Assembly: GCA_016214465.1 (NCBI GenBank)
Contig: JACROI010000021.1
Span: 1 to 45,520, forward strand
DNA length: 45,520 nucleotides
Direction: 5' to 3'
Source of the DNA: Candidatus Magasanikiibacteriota bacterium
GTDB taxonomy: Bacteria > Patescibacteriota > Patescibacteriia > Magasanikbacterales > UBA10003
Shown: positions 24,346 to 32,083 of the stretch, one piece after another
Layout of the letters: each line of letters opens with the position of its first letter
Position numbering within the stretch: the first letter of the stretch is position 1
Notes under the pieces: generated by a model
The model's database searches: none
The model's input: the letters and a program-made list of their open reading frames with translations, nothing else
What the model was told of the DNA's origin: nothing
Program-made: the position numbers and the translations under genes

Positions 24346-26634
24346 TTAGATAAATGTTAATAATAATCTTCCAAATAAAAATATGGTGGCTCCGGCAAAC
24401 AGAATCGCGCTACCGGTGGCAGTGGTTGTGGCGACTTTTTTCTCCAGAGGGGCGATGGGCGATGGTGTTTCAGGAGGACTGTTAGTGATGTTTGCCATGG
24501 CTGGAGTTTCCGGTTGGCTTATTATTGTAGATTGCGCGGGTGCTGTCGGCGTGGGAGAAAGTTTTAATGGTTTAATTATATCAGGAACGGAACTTGAAGG
24601 CAAGGCGTTTTTTACAATTTCCTCTGCTGATGAAGTTGGCGTCAGCGCGATTATTTCAATCGGTTCTGAAATAACAGGCAAGGTTGACGATGTCATTGCC
24701 AGAGTAGAAGTCGCGGTAATTGGCAAAGTTGATGTGGCAGTTGAAGATGCTGTTTCAATAGGGGTAGATAAAATACTGCCCACACTCCCACCCACGCCGC
24801 CAGAATTCGCTGGAGCAGGTGTTGGTTGCGGTTTTGGAGTTAAAATTATCGGCCACGATTTTCCCAGTAACGCAGGCACGGCGTGTTTTGTGCCAAACCA
24901 ATCAACTATGCCCGGTGCCCAAGCCGACTCGTAATAACCGTCGGTTTTTAATTGCTCGGTCAAAACCGACCATGGATTCTTGTTTTGACTGTTAGTCCAA
25001 TCAGTTTGTCCTTCATTTAAAGAATTTACGCCCATCATGGCCCAGCCTGTGGTAAGCGGGTCAGAAACGCCAAAGCCCCAGCCGCCGTCAGCTAGTTGTT
25101 GTGATTTTAAATAGGCCTTGGCTTTGGTAAAGATATTTTGGTCAATTGTCGCGCCTTTATTTTTGGCATATTGCAGAGCGTTCACAGCCGCGCCGGTAAT
25201 ATCAGCTGAAGCCCAGCCGGCCCAAGTAAAAGCGCCGTCCGCGGTTTGGTCTGCAATAATTGTGGCCAAAATATCATTGGCAATCAATTCGTTCGCCGGC
25301 GTATCAGTCGCAAGTAAAGCGAAGAGCGCAAAAACATCATCATTAATTCCATTCAATCCGTATTTGTTGTTTTTATAGCACTCTGCGCTTTTGATTTTTG
25401 AGATTAAATTTTGGACGGTGTTATCCGAGCCGGCCATGCCCGAAGCAAGAAATGCCAAAGTATGCCGTGGATAACTGGCGCATAGATTTAGCAAATCGCT
25501 TTCATCAGTAAAATTATATCCTTTGGCAAAATTTAATAATGATGTACTGCTGGCGGCGATTTCGTCGGCGTATTGATTATTGGCGCCAAAAGACATTATT
25601 GCCCAGTCGGTAATACTGGCATCAATTATTTTTCCATCCGCGCTTTGTTGTGTTTTTAAAAAATTAAGAATTGATTGGGTTTTGGCCGCGATATCCGCTG
25701 ATGAAATTGTCGGAGTGGGAGTTAATGAACCACCGCCTCCGCCACCACCTGTATTGGTGTCGGTTTCAGGTGTGCTCGTGGCCGTGGAGGTTGGAGTTTC
25801 AGGAGCCGGGAGCACTGTGAGAGTTATGGGCCAGCTCCATTTGGAATAATCTGTCGAGGTGATTTTTGCAAAATAGGTGCCAGTGGCGGAAAAAGCGTAT
25901 TCAACAGTGCCAGAGGCATTGGTGGCGAGGGTTGTTGTGGTGATAGTCGTGTCCCACCAGCCAGTTTGGTTTGGATTGGGGATGCTGATGTCAACAGTGT
26001 CATTGCGGTCAAGTGTCCATTCATCGTCCAGATTGTCGTAATTGTATCGCCAAGTTTGCAAAGTGGTGGTAGTGTTTATTGGAAAAGTACTGGTAGTTGC
26101 GGTGATTTTCCAAGAATCGTCAAAGTAAATGTAAACAGTGTCGTTATTTTGCAAACCGTATGAATCCATGCCGATGCTTGGGTATGATCCATTAACAGAA
26201 TAATTCCAATTGCCGCAGGCCGAAGTGCTCGTTGGCGCGGTAATGACAAGGCAGTTAAGGTAGAAACTTTGATAGGCGTCGTAGTAATCAAGTTGGGAGA
26301 TTGAAAAATTGTCCGAAAGCGCGTCAGCCTCTGTTAGAATTGTGAGCGGGCTGGATGAGGCGTTGACAGAGTGGCTTCCGGCAGTGTCCATAAGTGAGCT
26401 GGTGGCAGTGGAGGTTACTGCGCCGGAAAACAGAAAAGAATCTTGGTAGCGGAGAAAAAAGTTGATAGAGAGGCCCGGTGTACTCGTGGCAGTTGAAGTT
26501 GCTATTTCTTGTGTCGGGATTGTAATTTCAGGCGTGCTGGTAGTTTCTTCGGCCTGAACCGGTCTGGCGGAGAAGAATATTAAGACAATTGTCATTCCAA
26601 TGAAAATTGGAATCTTAAAATTTCGCATTTTCAT
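24346..26634 (-). CDS. Surface-anchored multidomain protein: signal peptide, DUF4430-like domain, beta-rich module, prenyltransferase/terpene-cyclase-like alpha/alpha toroid, Pro/Thr stalk, C-terminal TM anchor
   Basis: Signal peptide IFIGMTIVLIFFSARPVQA. DUF4430 signature ACGNWNYSVNGSYPSIGMDSYGLQNNDTVYIYF. A Gly7 linker. Toroid repeats QQSADGKI, DQTADGAFTW, QQLADGGWGF. C-terminal anchor GSAILFAGATIFLFGRLLLTFI. Confidence 0.7.
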   Translation of the reverse strand: MKMRNFKIPIFIGMTIVLIFFSARPVQAEETTSTPEITIPTQEIATSTATSTPGLSINFFLRYQDSFLFSGAVTSTATSSLMDTAGSHSVNASSSPLTILTEADALSDNFSISQLDYYDAYQSFYLNCLVITAPTSTSACGNWNYSVNGSYPSIGMDSYGLQNNDTVYIYFDDSWKITATTSTFPINTTTTLQTWRYNYDNLDDEWTLDRNDTVDISIPNPNQTGWWDTTITTTTLATNASGTVEYAFSATGTYFAKITSTDYSKWSWPITLTVLPAPETPTSTATSTPETDTNTGGGGGGGSLTPTPTISSADIAAKTQSILNFLKTQQSADGKIIDASITDWAIMSFGANNQYADEIAASSTSLLNFAKGYNFTDESDLLNLCASYPRHTLAFLASGMAGSDNTVQNLISKIKSAECYKNNKYGLNGINDDVFALFALLATDTPANELIANDILATIIADQTADGAFTWAGWASADITGAAVNALQYAKNKGATIDQNIFTKAKAYLKSQQLADGGWGFGVSDPLTTGWAMMGVNSLNEGQTDWTNSQNKNPWSVLTEQLKTDGYYESAWAPGIVDWFGTKHAVPALLGKSWPIILTPKPQPTPAPANSGGVGGSVGSILSTPIETASSTATSTLPITATSTLAMTSSTLPVISEPIEIIALTPTSSAEEIVKNALPSSSVPDIIKPLKLSPTPTAPAQSTIISQPETPAMANITNSPPETPSPIAPLEKKVATTTATGSAILFAGATIFLFGRLLLTFI
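26590..26614. repeat. Short hairpin with P-family-like termini at the junction of two operon genes
   Basis: tgtcattccaatgaaaattggaatc has the same TGTCATTCC-hairpin-GGAATC frame as 27262-27287. It encodes part of the signal peptide (KIPIFIGMT). Confidence 0.45.
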
Positions 26635-27253
26635 AGCGCCAAGTGATTATATCGTTATGATTAAGTTTAATGTAGGAGACGCCTAATTTGGCCGCTTGAC
26701 CATTGATGTAGTAAATCCAGTAAAGATTTGATTTGGAATCGTTGGTTAAGTTGTCAATCGTTTCCACAAACGCGCCCAAGCTACTGAATTGGGAGAATTT
26801 AATGGGGATTTGCTCTTGCAGTTGTTGCATGGCTTCGTAAACTGTGCTTTGTGGTGCAACTTTGATTGGAAATTCTTTATTGAACGTGGGCGCGATGAAT
26901 TTGAAAGTGACAGAGATACTATTTTCATCAGGTTTTTCAATTGGTGTTACATTGGAAATTGCGTCAGCCACAAAAGAAGTCGCGGAAATTGGTTGTTTAT
27001 TTTTTTCAGAGTCATTGCGAGGCGCAGCCGAAGCAATCTCGTTTTTATCATCCCGAGCGGAGCGAAGGATATTTTGCGAAATTGTCCCAGTAGCAAAAGA
27101 ATCCGTGGATTTCATCTCCGCTGTTTTTGTTGATGTGTTTTGAATCGTCTGTTTATCCAGATTATTCAGCCAAATCATACTCCAAATCAAAAGCAGGCCG
27201 GACAGCGCCCATAGGCCAAAGTGGTGGGTATGTTTTTTAACAAAATGTTTCAT
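26615..27253 (-). CDS. Membrane-anchored DUF4430 (transcobalamin beta-domain-like) protein, first gene after the riboswitch
   Basis: Start chosen at ATG 27253 (MKHFVKK...); the track start at 27292 is a TTG inside a repeat hairpin. TM anchor FGLWALSGLLLIWSMIWL. C-terminus SNLYWIYYINGQAAKLGVSYIKLNHNDIITWRYE. Confidence 0.7.
   Translation of the reverse strand: MKHFVKKHTHHFGLWALSGLLLIWSMIWLNNLDKQTIQNTSTKTAEMKSTDSFATGTISQNILRSARDDKNEIASAAPRNDSEKNKQPISATSFVADAISNVTPIEKPDENSISVTFKFIAPTFNKEFPIKVAPQSTVYEAMQQLQEQIPIKFSQFSSLGAFVETIDNLTNDSKSNLYWIYYINGQAAKLGVSYIKLNHNDIITWRYENAKF
27011..27071. repeat. Two tandem P-family arms inserted in frame in the DUF4430 gene (encode SARDDKNEIASAAPRNDS on the minus strand)
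   Basis: gtcattgcgaggcgcagccgaagcaatctcg followed by tcatcccgagcggagcgaaggata. Confidence 0.7.
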
Positions 27254-27261
27254 AGTTTTTT

Positions 27262-27287
27262 TGTCATTCCCGCGAAAGCGGGAATCC
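27262..27287. repeat. P-family-related short hairpin in the 5' UTR of the operon
   Basis: tgtcattcccgcgaaagcgggaatcc, with stem attcccgc / gcgggaat. Confidence 0.6.
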
Positions 27288-27300
27288 AGCAATATATTTA

Positions 27301-27333
27301 AAAACTCTTTTCCGGCAAAAAGAAAAGAGTTGT
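27301..27333 (-). terminator. Intrinsic terminator forming the riboswitch expression platform
   Basis: Minus-strand RNA AACUCUUUUC-uuuuugccg-GAAAAGAGUU followed by UUAAAU. Confidence 0.6.
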
Positions 27334-27367
27334 CCTTTTCTCCTGCTCGGGAGTTGGTGTATGTGGA

Positions 27368-27464
27368 TAACTTTTAAACAAAGTTCCGGCTGGCCCCTGT
27401 GTGTGGGGGTTCACGGTTGCGGCACAGTGGGGGATTTGCGCCCCTCTTCCATGCTTAAAAGTTA
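27368..27464 (-). promoter_or_regulatory. Cobalamin riboswitch aptamer (compact, class-II-like)
   Basis: Minus-strand RNA: UAACUUUUAAGCAUGGAAGAGGGGCGCAAAUCCCCCACUGUGCCGCAACCGUGAACCCCCACACACAGGGGCCAGCCGGAACUUUGUUUAAAAGUUA. It has a GGAAG + GGGG-CGCAAAU-CCCC hairpin, a C.G..CCGC.AC.GU.A junction, a B12-box-like GCCAGCCGGAAC and a 10-bp P1. Confidence 0.75.
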
Positions 27465-27492
27465 GGTGTGGATAAGTTTTAATGGTGATTTT

Positions 27493-27522
27493 AGAATAGC
27501 AGAAAAAGGTAGTAGTTGTCAA
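27493..27522 (-). promoter_or_regulatory. Promoter of the riboswitch operon
   Basis: On the minus strand: TTGACA (27522-27517), 18-nt spacer, TATTCT (27498-27493). Confidence 0.4.
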
Positions 27523-27525
27523 ATT

Positions 27526-27554
27526 TTGTCAAGTGCAAGCCAATCTGTTAGAAT
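27526..27554 (+). promoter_or_regulatory. Divergent promoter for the GT26-Nudix gene
   Basis: TTGTCA (27526-27531), 17-nt spacer, TAGAAT (27549-27554). The ATG is at 27566. Confidence 0.4.
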
Positions 27555-27565
27555 AAAGGTATCTT

Positions 27566-28885
27566 ATGGTAATTTTAGGAATAAAAATTGACAATTTTTC
27601 AAAATCGGAAATTTTAGCTAAAATTAGCGAATTTTTGCGTTTGGGTGCCGGACATTTTATTACCACTCCAAATCCGGAAATGCTGGTTGATGTGGAATAT
27701 GATTGGTTTTTCAAGCAGGCCTTGAATAAGGCGGAAATGGCAGTGGCAGATGGGTTTGGTTTGCCTCTTGCAGCGCGATATTTATATGGCGAAAAACTAA
27801 CTCGTTGGGCCGGTATTGATTTGATGGAGAAAATTTGTGAAATTGCCGCCGAGCAGAAAAAAAGCGTGTATTTGATTGGCGGAAAAGAGGGGATTGCGGC
27901 CAAAGCGGCCGAAAAATTGCAAAAAAAATTTTTTGGGTTGAAAGTTGTTGGAGCGGAGAGTGGGATTGTGTTTGAATGTCATCCCGAGCGAAGCGAGGGA
28001 TCTTTGCATACCAATATTCTCAAAGATTCTTCGCCACGTTTGGACTGGGCTCAGAATGACAACGGCGAGTATCTTACAGGTTTAAATTTTAATGTTGCTG
28101 AGAATAATAAATTATTGGAACGCATCCGCGCCGCTACTCCAGATATTCTTTTTGTGGCTTTTGGTCATGGCAAACAGGAAAAATGGTTGGCGGAATTTTT
28201 ATCACAATTGCCATTAGTAAAAATTGGCATGGGAGTGGGCGGGGCTTTTGATTATATTTCCGGCCAAGTTTTGCGCGCGCCGAAATTTGTGCGTCAGCTC
28301 GGATTTGAATGGTTGTGGCGTTTGTTGAATCAGCCATGGCGGATAAAACGAATTTGGAAAGCAGTTGTGTCTTTTGGTTTGTTGGTGAAAGATTACAAAA
28401 TACAAATTGCCATGCCTTATCGCCAAGGAGTAATCGGATTTATTGTAAATAGGGAAGGAAAATTTTTTATCGCCAAACGTTGTCCAATGCCAACTGATTC
28501 ATATTTTTTTAATATTGAGCACTGGCAGCCGCCGCAAGGTGGAATCAGCGTTGACGAAACGGCCGAACAGGCGATTTTGAAAGAAGTGCGAGAGGAAACC
28601 GGAATGACAGCCGAGATTGTGGCGCGTTGTGTTGATGTTTGTAAATATGACTGGAGTATTGCCTTTATGAAGAAGAAAGGCAAGGGTTATCATTTCAGGG
28701 GTCAACAAAAATCAGTTTTTCTGCTAAAATACAATGGTGACGGCAGTGACATCAAAGTGGATAAAATTGAGCTGTGCGGTTACCGTTGGGTGGATTTGGA
28801 AGAACTGAAAAAAATAATTCATCCGATGCGCCGGCCGTCTTTAGAAATTTTATTAAATGAAATTAAATTTCGAGATATTTTATAG
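27566..28885 (+). CDS. WecG/TagA/CpsF-family (GT26) glycosyltransferase fused in frame to an RppH-like Nudix hydrolase
   Basis: N-terminal ILGIKIDNFSKSEILAKI, TPNPEMLV, IGGKEGIA, PDILFVAFGHGKQEKW, APKF....GFEWLWRL..P.R. From M283 (28412): YRQGVIGFIV, WQPPQGGISVDETAEQAILKEVREETGM (Nudix box). Confidence 0.75.
   Translation: MVILGIKIDNFSKSEILAKISEFLRLGAGHFITTPNPEMLVDVEYDWFFKQALNKAEMAVADGFGLPLAARYLYGEKLTRWAGIDLMEKICEIAAEQKKSVYLIGGKEGIAAKAAEKLQKKFFGLKVVGAESGIVFECHPERSEGSLHTNILKDSSPRLDWAQNDNGEYLTGLNFNVAENNKLLERIRAATPDILFVAFGHGKQEKWLAEFLSQLPLVKIGMGVGGAFDYISGQVLRAPKFVRQLGFEWLWRLLNQPWRIKRIWKAVVSFGLLVKDYKIQIAMPYRQGVIGFIVNREGKFFIAKRCPMPTDSYFFNIEHWQPPQGGISVDETAEQAILKEVREETGMTAEIVARCVDVCKYDWSIAFMKKKGKGYHFRGQQKSVFLLKYNGDGSDIKVDKIELCGYRWVDLEELKKIIHPMRRPSLEILLNEIKFRDIL
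27977..28061 (+). repeat. P-family element (two arms plus spacer) inserted in frame in the GT26 domain (encodes CHPERSEGSLHTNILKDSSPRLDWAQNDN)
   Basis: Arms tgtcatcccgagcgaagcgagggatc (27977-28002) and gattcttcgccacgtttggactgggctcagaatgaca (28025-28061). Confidence 0.75.
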
Positions 28886-28954
28886 GGACGTTCTAATTTC
28901 TTTTTTGCAGTCGTGGCGACAGTCCGCAGCAAGAAAAAGAAATTGGAACGTCCC
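28885..28954 (+). repeat. H-family 70-nt hairpin element (copy 2)
   Basis: Stem gggacgttctaatttc pairs with gaaattggaacgtccc and encloses ttttttgcagtcgtggcgacagtccgcagcaagaaaaa. The left flank is attttatag. Confidence 0.8.
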
Positions 28955-28962
28955 AACCTGAT

Positions 28963-30459
28963 ATGCCCAAAAATAAAAAAGCTTGTCCCCGAACGCTATC
29001 GGGGATTCGCGTTCGTTTTGCGCCATCGCCGACCGGCTTTTTGCATGTTGGCAGTTTACGCACCGCGCTTTATAATTATTTGTTCGCTCGGCAAAATAAT
29101 GGCGATTTTATTTTACGCATTGAAGATACTGACCGCACGCGCTATGTTGAGGGCGCGGTGGAAAGTTTATTGAAAATTTTAACTACTGTTGGATTGAGAT
29201 GGGACGAGGGGCCGATGCTAGATGGCAAAGAAAAAGGCAAGTTCGGCCCGTATGTGCAATCAGAAAGAACAAAAATTTATAAAAAACATGCCGAGGAATT
29301 GATTGAAAAAGGCCATGCTTATCATTGTTTTTGTTCAGCCGATCGATTGGAAAAATTGCGCGAAACACAGCAAGCGAATAAATTACCAACTATGTATGAT
29401 GGTCTGTGTCGCGGGCTGGACAAATCAATTATTGCTGAAAAATTAAAAAACAATCAACCGCATGTCATACGACTAGCTGTGCCCAAAGAGGGGAGTACAA
29501 ATTTTAACGATGTAGTCCGCGGCGCGGCGGCGTTTGAAAATAAATTGATTGATGATCAGGTACTTGTAAAATCCGATGGTTTCCCAACTTATCATTTGGC
29601 CAATGTCGTGGATGATCATTTAATGGAAATAACCGATGTAATTCGCGGGGATGAATGGCTTTCTTCAACTCCAAAACACATTTTATTATATAAGGCCTTT
29701 GGCTGGACACCACCGCGATTCGCGCACATTCCATTGCTTTTAAATCCTGATAAATCCAAATTATCCAAGCGGCAAGGCGATGTGGCCGTGGAGGACTACT
29801 TGAAAAAAGGATATTTGCCCGAGGTACTGATAAATTTTGTGGCTTTGTTGGGCTGGAATCCTGGCACGGAACAAGAAATTTTTTCTTTGCCGGAATTGAT
29901 CAAGGTGTTTGATATTACCAAAGTGCACCAAGCCGGCGCGGTTTTTAATTTGGAAAAACTGGATTGGATGAACTGTGAATACATTAAGAAAATGCCATTG
30001 AATGAATTGGTAAAAATTTGTCAGCCATTTTTGGTTGGCGCCTGTTTGGAAGTTGCCGGACAAAAATTAGAAAATATTATCGGTTTGGAAAGAGAACGAT
30101 TGAAAAAATTAATTGATTTTCCGGCCGCGGTGGAATTTTTTTTCAAAGAGCCGCGATACGACGCCAAGATTTTGATTTGGAAAAAAAGCGATCAAAAAAC
30201 GATTTGCAGTCGTTTAAAAACCTTGATTAAATTTTACGACACATTCACATGGGATTGGTCAGAGCAGTGGATAGAACAGGCAACTTTGGATTTAATTATC
30301 AAAGAAAAATTGGAAAATGGGACAACTCTTTGGCCGATGCGCGTGGCTTTGTCCGGCCGCGAGGCCTCGCCAGGGCCGTTTGCCATTGCCGAAATTTTAG
30401 GGAAAGAGGAAACAATCAAACGGTTGAAAGCAGCCTTAGCTCTGTTATGCGGAAAATAG
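28963..30459 (+). CDS. gltX: Glutamate--tRNA ligase
   Basis: RVRFAPSPTGFLHVGSLRTALYNYLFAR, ILRIEDTD, KLSKRQG. Confidence 0.9.
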   Translation: MPKNKKACPRTLSGIRVRFAPSPTGFLHVGSLRTALYNYLFARQNNGDFILRIEDTDRTRYVEGAVESLLKILTTVGLRWDEGPMLDGKEKGKFGPYVQSERTKIYKKHAEELIEKGHAYHCFCSADRLEKLRETQQANKLPTMYDGLCRGLDKSIIAEKLKNNQPHVIRLAVPKEGSTNFNDVVRGAAAFENKLIDDQVLVKSDGFPTYHLANVVDDHLMEITDVIRGDEWLSSTPKHILLYKAFGWTPPRFAHIPLLLNPDKSKLSKRQGDVAVEDYLKKGYLPEVLINFVALLGWNPGTEQEIFSLPELIKVFDITKVHQAGAVFNLEKLDWMNCEYIKKMPLNELVKICQPFLVGACLEVAGQKLENIIGLERERLKKLIDFPAAVEFFFKEPRYDAKILIWKKSDQKTICSRLKTLIKFYDTFTWDWSEQWIEQATLDLIIKEKLENGTTLWPMRVALSGREASPGPFAIAEILGKEETIKRLKAALALLCGK

Positions 30460-31637
30460 TTTTTTATTTTTTCATTTTCATTATTTTTTTAGCGCCAATT
30501 TCAGCGGCGCTGTCTTCGGAAGTGGATGAAATAAATCAGCAAATCATCCAAAAGCAGGAGGTCATGAAAAAATTGGAAGCGCAGATTGAAATTTACAAGC
30601 AAAATATCCAGCAAAAGCAGGGTGAATCAATCACTTTATCAAATCAACTGGCAATTTTAAACAGTCAAATGGAAAAAATCACTTTGGATATTCAGGTGAC
30701 GGAAATTCAAATTTCGCAATTGAATTTAGAAGTTGAATCACTCGGAATTTTAATAAAAGAAAAAGAGGATAAAATCAATAAAGAGCGGCAATTGTTGGCG
30801 CATTTGATCGGTTCAATACATTTGAGCGACCAAAGTAATTATTTGAGCGTTTTTTTGAGCTATAAATCATTTTCGGTCTATTTTGATCAGATAAAAAATC
30901 TGGAAAGTATCAGTGAGGAGTTGGGTCAGGCCTTGAAACAAATCAAAACCGATCGCGCGGAGTTGCAGGGCAAGCGGGATATTGCCTTGAAGAAAAAAGA
31001 AACAGTGGAAAAGTTACAAGCAACTTTGACTGATCGTCAGGCGCATTTGGAAGATCAAAAAGAGGCCAAAGATTATTTGTTTGTCCAAACTAAATCCTCG
31101 GAAAATAAATTTAAATTATTGTTGGCGCAATTACGGCAAGAATACAGTCAATTTGATCAAGAATTGGCTAATTTGCAAAAACAGGCGGAAAAGAAACTAG
31201 CGGAAAATGATAAAATGGAAAGCGGTCCGACATCATTATCTTGGCCCATTGACCCTGTGAAAGGTATTTCCGTGTATTTTAACGACCCAACTTACCCTTT
31301 TCGTTATTTGTTTGAACATACCGGCGTGGACATTCGCGTTTCGCAGGGCACGCAAGTTGGCGCCGCGGCTTCCGGTTATGTGGCTTGGGTGCGAACCAGT
31401 CGTTTATATGGCAATAATATTATGATTATTCACAGTAACGGCATTGCCACGCTTTACGCGCATCTTTCCAGTTTTAATGTTAAAGAAGACAGTTTTGTGA
31501 AAAGAGGGGATATTATCGGCAATAGCGGCGGTATGCCCGGCACTCAAGGAGCCGGACTTTCCACTGGCCCGCATTTGCATTTTGAAGTCCGCGACAATGG
31601 CATTCCAGTTGATCCTATGAATTATTTAACAAGGTAA
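30447..31637 (+). CDS. Coiled-coil M23-family metallopeptidase (EnvC-like)
   Basis: Start chosen at ATG 30447 (MRKIVFYFFIFIIFLAPISAA signal). ~230 aa of heptad-like coiled coil. HTGVDI, LYAHLS, GPHLHFEV. The track N-terminus from 30249 overlaps gltX. Confidence 0.8.
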   Translation: MRKIVFYFFIFIIFLAPISAALSSEVDEINQQIIQKQEVMKKLEAQIEIYKQNIQQKQGESITLSNQLAILNSQMEKITLDIQVTEIQISQLNLEVESLGILIKEKEDKINKERQLLAHLIGSIHLSDQSNYLSVFLSYKSFSVYFDQIKNLESISEELGQALKQIKTDRAELQGKRDIALKKKETVEKLQATLTDRQAHLEDQKEAKDYLFVQTKSSENKFKLLLAQLRQEYSQFDQELANLQKQAEKKLAENDKMESGPTSLSWPIDPVKGISVYFNDPTYPFRYLFEHTGVDIRVSQGTQVGAAASGYVAWVRTSRLYGNNIMIIHSNGIATLYAHLSSFNVKEDSFVKRGDIIGNSGGMPGTQGAGLSTGPHLHFEVRDNGIPVDPMNYLTR

Positions 31638-31716
31638 AATCACCCGTCGTTCAAATTAGGACATTTATTTTACGACACTAGAAGAAATTGAATAAAAAAT
31701 TTATTTTTTAATTTAG

Positions 31717-31748
31717 AAACAGAGTTTTAATAGCGTGCTCTGTTTTTT
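31717..31748 (+). terminator. Putative terminator after the M23 peptidase gene
   Basis: aaacagag-N13-ctctgttt followed by ttt. Confidence 0.45.
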
Positions 31749-32083
31749 ATTTTAAAAATAAAAAAGTAGGGGATGCAAATAAGATTTTTTTTGAATGAAA
31801 TTATTAAAAATCGAATTTTTATTATTTTTTTGATATAGTTGGTGGTCGCAGGCATCGACCAAAATGAAATTTATGATATGTGTCCAAATAGAGAGGAAAA
31901 GTGGCAAAAAATAACAAAAAAGGTGGTACATACTACCACCCAATGATTAAAAAATGAAAAGAAAGGCGGTTTTTGGCCTGTTGATAAGTAGTATTTTGTT
32001 TTTTATTAAATAGTGATATAATTGAGTATAATAATCCTTACACTCAGTTTGACTTTAATTTTTTAACTCGGTTTAATATTATT

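Noticed and set aside
25728-25752. Gly7-encoding tract (ccaccgcctccgccaccacc on the plus strand), considered as a possible slippage or phase-variation site in the surface protein.
   Set aside because: It is not a homopolymer or a perfect short tandem repeat. The mixed GGN codons make slippage unlikely. It is most simply a flexible linker.
24383-25849. Antisense ORFs inside the 762-aa surface protein gene (24383-24934, 25118-25378, 25580-25849), and similar antisense ORFs in other long genes (for example 938-1219, 2622-3029, 3885-4367, 20562-21032, 43948-44478).
   Set aside because: They lie opposite well-supported genes, have biased low-complexity composition and carry no motifs. They are typical shadow ORFs.
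31752-31943. 63-aa minus-strand ORF in the AT-rich spacer upstream of the recombinase.
   Set aside because: The sequence is low-complexity and Phe/Ile/Leu/Asn-rich, as expected by chance in ~25% GC DNA. It has no RBS and no recognisable motif.
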